Shown here: in pieces, positions 27,101-37,600 of the stretch
How the letters are laid out: each line of letters opens with the position of its first letter
Numbering within the stretch: position 1 is the first letter of the stretch
Origin: Phoronis australis
Taxonomy: Eukaryota; Animalia; Phoronida
Length of the DNA stretch: 64,000 bases
Direction: 5' to 3'
Assembly: GCA_002633005.1 (NCBI GenBank)
Contig: NMRA01000132.1
Coordinates: 802,585 to 866,584 of the forward strand
Program-made: the position numbers and the translations under genes
Notes under the pieces: model-generated
Told to the model about the DNA's origin: nothing
Seen by the model: the letters and a program-made list of their open reading frames with translations, nothing else
Database searches by the model: none

Positions 27101-30100
27101 GAGTGAATTACAGGTTGTTGCGAAGAAAGAATTTCAAGGTAACTGGTAAGACCATCCAGCAAGACCTCTCGTCAGTTATTAAATTCCACTTTTAGCAACA
27201 AGAAACGATGTTTAAATTAATTTTCTGCTTTCTTGTATTTTCAATAAATTTGCCTTCTGGCAATTTACAAACAAACACCAGAATTTAAAACCGATGAACT
27301 CCAGAAAACGTTAAGTCTAGGAAACTCACATCTTTTCCTTTAAACATGTATTCTAAGTCACTCTGTACAATATTCTGTGGCAAGTTTCCTACATAAGCAG
27401 TGTAGGGGGGCTCTGTTGGCAGGGGCCGTCTCCCTCTACCACCACCGCCACCACCACGGTTTCCGCGGTAACCATCATATCCACCTCTGAAACAAAACCA
27501 TGTACATTATTATACGGATGACTGCAGAGTTTGAAAAGAACAGCAGCGTTGATATTGTTAATCTCATTTCCTAAACAGAGTAGAATCCAGTGCCTGCTTG
27601 AGTTTTCTCGAGGCTCTTTCCCCTAGTCAACTTCACTACTATTCAAGTTTCGATGTTAACTGCATTTCACGGCGAAATTAAGGGTTACCGATGGTAACTT
27701 ACCGTCACCTCACCTTCAGAGTGGTTTAGAAAACTAATTCAGCGAAGTTATCGCAAGGTGGCACTAATATGATTTTTTAATGTAAAGAATATAGCAAGTA
27801 CATAGTTAAATTGAAACAGAATGCTTATAATGAATAGTAGAAAAGCATGTTAAAAATTCAACCAGTCACTGCCCCCTGTTGGCAAATTCAGTGACCACTG
27901 CCAATAACTTCAATCCAAGGCCGAAGTTAAGTGTTCCTACTGACACATAATTTGGAGCTTTGGAGCCAGTAGGAAAACTTTTAACACTGTTTTAGTTTCA
28001 TTGTTAAATCCATGTTTTACTTCAATACAAATCGACAGTGAACTCTACATTTAATTATCTATATTACTGAAAATAAGTAGGAATCTTTTAATACAATGCT
28101 CCCAATTTAAGGACTATTTATTTTCATTGAACTAAGGGGTTCAGTTTTTAGTTAAAATTACTAGAAACTGTCATTAGCCATAGATAAAATGATCAAAAGA
28201 ATACATCTCTAAGTAAAGCACGGTACAAATATGCAGTCTCTATCTAGGACAGTTCCATGCAACAGTGATTTCTCTAACAGTTTGTACTTTAATGTACCAA
28301 CTATTTTGCCTGGAAAGCTTCCTGTTCCAAGAGACAAAATTGGCTGTATGAACTATTAGACATGAAAAGCAAGTGCTCGAATTATTAGAGAAAAAGATCG
28401 ATGATAACAATGAGTGCAGCAACGGCCTTCGAGACGATGGTTTGGCGATGTGAACTATATTACCACTAGTAACAAATTACTGGACATCCCGGATGGGATG
28501 ATGGATTTACTTCAAAATATAATACTTGAACACTTTGTAATATTTTCCTCCCATGTTCACAAACTTCAAGAATCCGGCTTCAATACCTCCGCTTTCAGTG
28601 ACGCTGTCTGCCACACGTATTCGAAAAAATCAGGCCAGAGAAATATGGCATTGGCGTTGGCACCCATCCCAATTTGATTTAAATGGGAGATCTTGAATTT
28701 TGAAGAATTACCATCACTCATCAAAAGGTGTCAAACTCTCCCTACTTTGATGTAATTCCTCCGACTTCGAACTAATTCTCCCAGTTTTCTCACAATGTAA
28801 TTGCCAGGTTATTGAGTATATGTGGTGATCGTAGGGACAGTATGCCTCACTGGGTTTCTGCCGCCTCTAGAATTCAGAATTCAAAGTTTGACAATACGTT
28901 ACTGGATGTTTGACTATCATCTCGAGGTAACAACAAATGCAAGTTTTCTGCTTATTGCATCTCAGTCAAACTGGCATCAGCTGATTTCATTTATGTCACT
29001 GGCAGTTCTTTTAGAAATATATATTTTTGGGAACTGTACACGCAAGCATGAATTTACACAGGGTTGATCAGAACTTACTGAAAAGGAATGTTGTGTGCTC
29101 TGGTGCTTAATTGAAATTTCTCAAAAGTTAAAGGAGGCACTTAGTAAAGCAGTAGGCGCATAACATATTCCAAAACAATCAAAGGTAGGCGCATACGTGA
29201 GCATGGCCGTTAACCCAAATGTTCACAGTAATAAGAAACTGAAAGACCGCAGTAGATTCTTTAAGATGTGCTATTACAATACGATTTTGTGCGGCAAAAA
29301 AATTGTCCACATCGAGACTTGAACCAGGGTTTCCCGCATGAGAGTGGAGTGTCCAAATCGTAGCCAAGAGGCAATTGCCAAGCGATTTAGAGATGCTTTA
29401 AATGGCTGTACGCCACACTCGGAAGTCATGTGTCACAACACTTCTCTCCCCTCAAGGGTCAAGTGTGCTGCCTGCCTATTCAGGTTGGCCATGTCTCTGG
29501 TATTTGTTTCCACTGCACTGAGTTGTTGTAGCGTGAATCTGGACAGCCCTGAGAAGGGAGCTCACATCCTGTATGATCGAGGGTTCCACCGTTGTTGAGC
29601 ACCAATGTTAAAAATTATCTCAGGACCGAGACTTCAACCAGCGTTGGCCGTGTGATAGCCGAACATCCAAACCCTACAACCAAGAAGCAACTGCCACTTG
29701 GCAAGTGACTTAGAGAGGCTTCATATGGCTGCACGGCACACCTGGAAGTCATGTGTCACAACAAGGGCGACAACAGTTGACAGGCGGTGAGCACTTGTCG
29801 GTATTTTTTTATTTGGTTAATTCTGTTCTGCTATTGGCTTGCCTGATGAAGACTGTTTCTCTGACATCGGGACTTGAACCCGGGTTGCACGTGTGAGAGC
29901 CGAGCATCTAAACTTGTTCAGCCAAGATGCTAGGCAATGACCATCGCCTCTGTTGGCCCGAACCAGAGGCGATGCAGAGGCTATAGGCGCTCTGTACGCC
30001 GGAAGCTTTTCGGCGAATTATGCCTCGCACCGACTAAACCATCAGAGTCACGTTGTTATAAATACCTTTTGCGCATAGAGGAACACCTGAGGAGGTTGTC

Positions 30101-31465
30101 GATGTGTTTAATTCCTTCCAACTCGAACAAATACTCCCATTATCAAACTTTTTCTTCGAGCAGTCCCTATTTCAGTCCCCAAAATCGTGAACTTACCATT
30201 TTTACACTGCGCACGCTCCAATTTTTACCGCGCTCGCTAGGTGATGTGACTTCATGACCTCAATCTTTAAATAGGCCAAAGGTGAGCCATTGCGGTCTTG
30301 TCAGTCAGATGTTCGTTTCCAAAATGCCACCACTTATACTTGTCTTTAATTGGCGTTACTTGAAACTGATTGTATTTCAATGAATTATTGTTTGTATTTG
30401 ATAAAAATAAATGCTGTTGATATGACATTTAATAGTCTTTGTGCACATATTTGACATTTTAATGTTTAACAACACGGCAAATGCACGGCTGGTTCCCGGC
30501 AGCACGTACGCGAAGGGCGGGAACTTCAGCTTTCAAAGTTCGCCGGTAGGTCCGCAACTTCTGACCTTCGGTCTGGTTAAAAAAATGAAAAAGTTGATTT
30601 CACGATTTTGGGAACTGAAATAGGGACTGCTCGAAGAAAAAGTTTCATAACGGGAGTATTTGTTCGAGTTGGAAGGAATTAAACACATCGACAACCTCCT
30701 AAGGTGTTCCTCTATGCGCAAAAGGTATTTATAACAACGTGACTTTGATAGTTTAGTCGGTGTGAGGCATACTTCGCCGAAAAGCTTCCGGCGTACAGAG
30801 CGCCTATAGCCTCTGCATTGCCTCTGGTTCGGGCCAACAGAGGCGACGGTCATTGCCTACCAAGATGCAAGTGATTCTTGGCACGCGATTTTTACAAATT
30901 ATAGAGCCTTTATCTGGCTGCACGTCACGTGTCACAACACCGATGTGGTTCTGTAGGTGTGGGGACGGCATAGTAAGAAATTGAGGTCATGCTTGACAAG
31001 TTGAGCAACGGAAAACTGACATCGAAGTCGGGCAGTGAGGCTCGTGCTCAGGTCACCACTGCTGGCAATTTCAGTTCACAAAATGTGATCTGGTACTCGC
31101 CAAGTCAGACCCTGTATTCCTTTGCATATAATATGAATAATTATCACTTGTGCTATTGTTTCTTTGTTTGTTTCAGTATCACACAGATATAAAATAAATA
31201 TTTTACTTACTTAGACTCACGAATGTGGCAGTATTTGTCAGACCGCCAGGCGCCGTGCACCGCCGGGTGACCAAACAACTAAAGAATTCGAGTACTCTGG
31301 CAATCAAAAACAAACGCGCTGATCGACCTTTTGGTGCAATCAAAATGCCCTTAATAGTTTCGTATATTGATTTACGGAATTGAGCTGCAATCAATTCACT
31401 TACCCGCCAAATGAACCACCACCATACCTGTCGAAATCGTCTCGCGAGTTGTGGTAGTCTGCCAT
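18179..31465 (-). CDS. EIF4H: Eukaryotic translation initiation factor 4H (RRM plus RGG-rich region), 7 coding exons, about 280 aa
   Basis: Minus-strand exons 31465-31404 ([20 protein letters not shown]), 27486-27330 ([18 protein letters not shown]2), 26421-26373 ([13 protein letters not shown]), 25096-25032 (GVAYIEF, RNP1), 22497-22419 (LRVNVAD), 19683-19438 (RGG-rich), 18363-18179 ([11 protein letters not shown]...[10 protein letters not shown]...TAA); 843 nt, phases consistent. Confidence 0.93.
20090..20312. mobile_element. One-ended fragment of the MITE family at 26614-27013
   Basis: cgaagggcccaggacgcgcccgaaagctag...cgataggtaac...ttccctatg is similar to 26930-27013. Confidence 0.6.
20481..22390. 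repeat. 42-bp minisatellite, about 45 copies, in eIF4H intron 5
   Basis: Unit TTATACCAATAATCCCAACCACTTTCCTAGTTGTCACTCCAG; it accounts for the three 640-700 aa ORFs with a 14-aa period. Confidence 0.97.
24510..24905. mobile_element. MITE, probably PIF/Harbinger-type
   Basis: Inverted ends CTGGGCCCGGTCTC-AATCTTT-TACTCGAAA / TTTCGAGTA-AAAGATT-GAGACCGGGCCCAG; internal CTCGA repeats. Confidence 0.75.
26060..26258. repeat. Diverged 31-bp minisatellite, about 6 copies
   Basis: Unit like gttatgtcacacaNtgtNaaccaacaNttaa. Confidence 0.7.
26614..27013. mobile_element. Palindromic MITE with about 100-bp imperfect TIRs
   Basis: CATAGGGAAT...TTACCTATCG...CTAACTTTC...GCCCTTCGTTG is mirrored at 26927-27013, ending ATTCCCTATG; no clear TSD. 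Confidence 0.7.
29288..29763 (-). mobile_element. TRIM (miniature non-autonomous LTR retrotransposon) with tRNA-derived LTRs, Helenus-like
   Basis: Two about 155-bp direct repeats (29763-29606 and 29440-29288 on -), each starting TGTTGTGACAC, ending ACA and holding a tRNA-like core with a B-box (GGTTCAAGTC). PBS-like TTGGTGCTCAAC follows the 5' LTR; polypurine tract GAGGGGAGAGAAG abuts the 3' LTR. Confidence 0.72.
29854..30939 (-). mobile_element. Third tRNA-containing LTR (solo-like), interrupted by a MULE-type MITE
   Basis: 5' part TGTTGTGACAC... at 30939-30869; tRNA-like part GCTCGGCTCTCACACGTGCAACCCGGGTTCAAGTCCCGATG at about 29905-29865. Confidence 0.6.
29931..30859. mobile_element. Mutator-like (MULE) non-autonomous element, about 260-bp TIRs, 9-bp TSD
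   Basis: TIRs start TAGGCAATGACC and end GGTCATTGCCTA; perfect TSD CCAAGATGC at 29922-29930 and 30860-30868. The mirror-image ORFs 29937+ and 30853- reflect the TIRs. Confidence 0.9.
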
Positions 31466-31671
31466 ATTGTACGACTGAAGTTCTGCGCATGCGCAAATTT
31501 GTAAAAAACACCACATTTTTTCTGTCTTAGCTGTCCGTTTTTACTATTACTATTCTCCTATACACATTAACAGTTAAAATGAGAAAAAATGATTTACTTT
31601 CGTACCACATCAAAGTTTGTGTTTGTCGTTATAACCATAAAATTAGCAGATCACATGTCATTTTCACCATC
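31466..31671. promoter_or_regulatory. Compact bidirectional promoter region of EIF4H and MYBBP1A with an NRF1/Ewg-type palindrome
   Basis: Divergent ATGs at 31465 (-) and 31672 (+); TGCGCATGCGCA at 31484-31495. Confidence 0.75.
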
Positions 31672-34600
31672 ATGGCGCCCGACAGCGTGGATGTCACGCC
31701 GCTCTCCAAACACAAGTTTACTGATGACTTTTTAAACATATTTTGGGATCTGGCTGAAGTTAAAGACGATAAAAGAATATCAGCTACAGAGAACCTGATT
31801 GTTTACTTGGATTCTAAACAAGCAAAGGTTTATTTTATGAATTTCAGATCTTTGCACTTTGTCTTTGCAGATGTTCGAAGTTCGTGCCCGATGATGGCGA
31901 TGGCGATGGGGAGGCACTAGTCGGATATAACGGACCCTAACTTATTCCAAATAAATTCACTAAATGTAGGTCTAAATGAATGATTTTGGTATCGTTCCAT
32001 TCCTCAGACATCTGGCTAACCGTACAAATCCTTTTCACGACCCTGTTCCGAACTCGGTCCACTTTAGCCACGTGAAATCGGCAGCCATTTCAGGGAACTT
32101 ACTGTATCTAGCGACATCTATCGGCGATTTGCTACAACACGCGCTGTTCCTTTTTCATCAGTCAACATAGACAACGATAACATGACGATGACAGATACGA
32201 TCGTGAGACGACGAAGGTGATGACGAGAGCAGACGTACAATGATTAATAACGACTGACGTTAATAATATTGACGAAATCGACCAATGACGTTGACTAATG
32301 AAAAAGGAACAGCGCGTGTTGTAGCAAATCGCCGATAGATGGCGCTAGGTATAGTAAGTTCCCTGAAATGGCTGCCGATTTCACAATGCGCGTGGCTAAC
32401 GCTAAAGTGGACCAAGTTCAGAATGACGTAGTTATAGACTANTCAGTGGACTAAAATAAAGGGCTAATTATCGCTCTTCAAACGTTCATAAAAAGTCAAC
32501 GGCTCAACGGAATTTGTTAATTTTTTTTTTGTTTGAATCTGTTTTGGATGTTTTTTTAAATCAATGCATTTTTAAATATTAAATAAGAATTTTAATTTTT
32601 TTGTCACGTCCCTAACGTAGTTATAGACTAGAGTAATTGAGGGTCGTGAAAAAGATTTGTACAGATAGCCAGATGTCTGAGGAATGCAACGATACCAAAA
32701 TCATTCATTTAGACCTTCATTTAGTGGATTTATTTGGAATAAGTTAGGGTCCATTATATCCGACTAGTGCCGATGGGGACGGGTTGAATGGCAATACGAA
32801 AACCTCGTGCTGAATTGACCTTAGCAGGACTAAGCCTGCTGATTTTTTTTGGTGGGGTTGGCAGGCTGACTGCGAACGGAATCAAGTGGCAATAGTGACG
32901 GTTCCTCCATAACTTAAAAACCAGAAGTTTTTCAACGAGTTATGCGTCATTGTTTAATCTGTCAAAGTCATATTGCTATTTGCTATAAGTACCTAGTGGG
33001 ACACCTTAGGAAGCCATTGATGTCTTGAATTTTTCCCAGTTCAAATGAATACTCTTACAATCAAAATTGTGAGCGAGCTTTCGTTCAGCCACCCAAATCA
33101 GCAGACGCAACTGGCCATTTTTACGCTACACTCGCCAGGACATATGACACCATAACCACTGGCATGAGCTCTGTAAAAATGGCCAATTGCCATTTTGGGC
33201 AGCTGAAGGAATGAATGTTCGAGCAGAAGGTTTGTTTATGGGATATTTGTTAGAATTGGAAGGAAGTTGAGACATCAACGGCCTCCAGAGATGTCTCACC
33301 ATGCACAAAATGAACAGCATGAGCAATATGACTTCAATGGTTTAATCAGTGCGAGGTATAATTTTCCAAGTTTCCGGCATATGGAGGACTCTATGTCTTA
33401 GTGAAGACTGTGTTAAAGTTGCCATTGGGTGTTCTCTGTTGTTGGGGAATAATTGGTCCAGCTGCGCTGCCCTCTGTCTCGACTCTGGAGTAGTTTTGGT
33501 CTTCCGAACCGTCTCGGATTCTGAGCAATTTAGGAGTATACCTTTATCTAGCAGTACAATTTAGCAATTGCGGTTAAAGTGCAATCGACACCCAAGACAT
33601 GATCACCGCGTGGTGGGATAGTGAATTTCTGGTGCGGCTATAAATTAGAAAGTCAGCTGTTTCATTAAGTTTGAATCCAATATGCACCTTTGCCTTTTTA
33701 AAAATTAATTGCTTGACTTGTTTTCATTACATTTGGTTTTGTAGTGTGGGTATCAGAACCCCAAACAATAAAAACTTGTGCAATTGCCAATCTTTTACAT
33801 GGTTAACTTGTGCTCATGTAGTGTATGAATAGGCTTCGGTATTGATTGGGCTTCGAAAATTTGTAAATACGCCTGAAAAGGTCCAAGTCATTTTTTAGAA
33901 TAAGAATACTAAAGTGGCGAAAAACACCTTCTAAAAGGAAGCATTCTCCTTCGGGGCCTTTTTCACTTTGTGGCTGTTGGTCTAGATTTTTAATAACAAC
34001 GATGTATTTAAACCGGCTTGACATGTTTCGACATTTATTAAAACACCATCCTCAGAAAAAAAACCAGTGGCCACCTTGCTAGGCCCAACAATAAGTAATG
34101 ATACACAGACACCATCAGTTTATAGGCTGAGTGTAACTGACTGTCTGTGTATCATTACCTGTTGTTACCTGTTTACTTCCTGTAATATTGTGCTCGAATA
34201 TTTGTGTAATGGTTTGGGATTTTTACCAGGTCGTCTTACAAAATCTGAGGTCACATAGGCAACCTGCTGGTTACCAAATTGAGCCCTGTTCTGGCTTTGC
34301 AGTGTCGTGATTTCTAGTATTTTCTCGGAAGGGATAGATGTTAGAGAAGTGATGACCAAGGGGAAAAGCCGGATCGGTGAAGTTATCAACTACTGTGGAA
34401 TTCCTGTGAATCTCAAGAATTTGAATCGTTTTTATTTTGAGCCGTATCTTAACTAGTTGGTTAAAGCCAAGAGTCCGTGAATATATCTGACTGCAACATT
34501 ATTACTAAAGTAATCTCTGGCTGGATTTTGTTGGTCTTTGTTCAAGAGTTAACTTTTGTTGATTTTAGGCTGATGGTGCCTGCGCTGAGATCGTCTATGC

Positions 34601-37600
34601 TGTTGATCGGCTTGTGAAAGGTCTCGCATCATTTCGCAAGTCTGCCCGACCTGGGTACGCTGTCGCCCTCACTCAGGTAACACCATGGGACTCTTTGAAT
34701 GTCGCGTGATTGTAGATCTAGTTGAGACTTCCTCGGATCTTTTTCGTACTTGTTACGGAACCCAGCTGTGCGATAGTGGCCATTCTGATTTTGTTGTGGG
34801 CTGTTTGTCATGCTTTAAACCTGAAGTGAGTCTACCTTGGCCAGGACCTCCGTGCACTGCTGAGAGGTCACGTTTGCATCAAATAGTGCGTTCATTCACC
34901 TTGGTCTTCAGTCATGGTTCCTTATGTCTCTGGAAAGCATGTCTTCCTCATGTAGATGGGACTCCAAACTTGGAAAATAAACAGTTTTGGATTGTCATTC
35001 AAGGTGTTTTTTTATAAAAAAAATAATTGCACTCCAAACTTAGAAAATCAACAAATTTGGATTGTCATTCAAGGTGTTTTTTATAAACAAATAATTGCAG
35101 GCGGTCTGATACACATGCCAGACGTGCGCAGGCGGTGCATGTTGGCCCATTGCAGTGATCATCTGGAACCATTTTTATGCTTTATTAATATGCAATTAAA
35201 CTGAGCTGAGGAGCTAGAAACCTGACTCAAGGGTTTAGCACTGTGCCCAGTTAAGGAAGTAGACACCTGTCTCACTAGTCCATACTGCCTCGTCTTCCAG
35301 GTGTAATGTTTCTGATTACTTTTTGATTTTGATTTCCAGATTCTGCGAATGTTTGATGTTGTTTCTACAGAAGACATACTAAAAAGAATAGAGAAACATT
35401 TGAAAACCAGCAAACGAGATAGTTCCAAGCAGGTAAGTTGTATTCAATCTTCTGTAAGTCAGACTCGTCTCTATTCCTAACAAAAGTGTTTAAGTTCAGT
35501 TGTGGAACGCCCATTCGTATTTGACAAAATGAAAGTGTCTGTGCCCTTGTGAAAAAGTCCCTTATGGGCAGTTATGTTTTTCTTTGCATATGTCTTGATA
35601 TCAACCAAGTTCCTTGATGGATGTTCATGAAATTTAGCAAAAGTGTTACTATCACTTAGCCGGCAGCCCAAGTCCTATTTCTTTGAGGTTGGAGCTACGT
35701 TTTACCCCCATATTGGCCTTTTATTTTTTGTGTAAGTTCTTTTTGCCCTCCTCATGAAGAATCATAATGAAATGTGGCAAGTGTGTTCTTACTGAGTAGA
35801 GCATTGCTGAATTGCTTTTCACCCCCTGGAGGCTATTTTCAGTTTACTAGCATTGCTCCCTTTGGTGGGAGTGTTTATGGTATATGGGATGTATGTGATG
35901 CTTACGCAGGGCCCATATGAATGCTCCGCGGTGTTCTCACTTTCATTGTAAGAACGTGATGAAACAACTAGTAGCAGGAGTGTTGTCAAGATCCAACCCA
36001 AAGCCTACAAGATGCACAACATATGACAAGATTATGCACTAATTATTCCCGCTTTTCCTGCAATGAAAAACAGCGCCAGTCGATGTATGATTCGATTTGC
36101 GATCTCCGACTTAGCTGGGAAGTTGGATCAATTGTCTAATGAGCTGGGATCAAGTCTCAAAAGTCAATCCATTGATTTCCTACATTTCTTCAATGGAAAT
36201 TAGTATGTGCCGGCAGTGACACCTTCTCAAACCTTGTCAAAAGTGGACACTATTCTTGGGCTGAGATGACTGGCCGTGCTCCAGGCTGTGACACCAGTGC
36301 AATCTCAAGCATGTTATGAAGGGCAATCAACTAAATGAAAAAATTGTCGAAATAAAAAATCATAGACTTTCACTGTACAATGTAAGGTTTGATTTATACA
36401 TCGATTCTTTTAAAAGGCTTTAAAACACAAACAAATCCAGCTGTTTGTCAAGATATAGTGGTCTACTCACCTGTGATCTTGTTAGTGAACATCAGTTGTG
36501 TTTAGGCTGTCCTTATTTATGTCGCAAAGGTATGTCGCATAATACGTCTCTTTTAGTACTGAAAAATGTCATTGTCAGATTGCAAGAATATTTCTTGTCG
36601 ATTCACGAATGGGCAAAGTTATTTTTCGAATCTCCTGTTTGAAAATTCTGTATTATTTTTATACTATGTCACTACAAACCCATTCTGGCATCTAACTTTG
36701 AAGCACACAGTCATGCAGTTGAGCATACTACATGAGCATAGACTTTATGAAAACATCACCAGGGGGAGGGATGCAGGGGAGAAGAGTAAGGTTTGTACAG
36801 ATGTAAAACTGTCAACTATTGTGAATGGTTCCCAAAACAATTCCCTGTGATGACATGTTTAATCTCCTGACAGATTTGTGGAGGTCAAAACTGATTTAAT
36901 GAGTCTGAGGGACAATGGTGGACACGTGAAAAGTACTTTGTGATCAGTTGATTTCTGTGTATGATGTGTAGTCCTGTGTCAATAATTGTCACATACTAAA
37001 TCTTGGCTCCTTGTTTTTGAATGGCATGTGGGTTAAAATGAAAACTAAATTACAATTATTACTAATGCAAAATTTGTGTCGAACGCCACTTTTTGTTTCC
37101 AGGCCAGCTCTCAGTTGATAAGGTGTCTGTCAACTGAATTGCTTACAAAGACCTCTTTTCACTGAAGAGCATTCCCTCCTGATTTCATTAAGGGCTTTCT
37201 TGAAAATATTGAGTAATCGATGGTAATTATGGTAATTACAGTAATTTGTTACAAAGCGTATGTAATACTTATAGCTGTTCAATCTCATCCAAGTATATCT
37301 CAGGAGGGACTTATCGAGAACTTTATCAAAACACATTTGTTTCTTGCATTTACTTGCAAGACATATTGGACTGTTCAAAATGGATGTGTTATTTGCTGAT
37401 AATTTTTTGTTGTTATTTTTGTAATGAAGCTCATTTGTTTTTACAGGAGTACGGCGGTGCAGTGATTGGTCAAGTGATGGGTTACATGTGTGTCATCCAA
37501 TCAGGTCTAATAACCAGGGTAGGTGGTGCCATCTTCAGTTAGCACATCAAACCTGATGTGGTTGGAAGGGTTGTGTTACCTGCTAGGTTTTGTAGCCACT

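Noticed and set aside
29310-29925. Three functional tRNA-Glu genes
   Set aside because: Acceptor and D stems are degenerate, and the cores sit in longer shared TG...CA-bounded repeats, so they are tRNA-derived mobile sequence.
29937-30853. Pair of near-identical 106-aa ORFs on opposite strands
   Set aside because: They are the two TIRs of the MULE-like MITE and show no recognisable domain.
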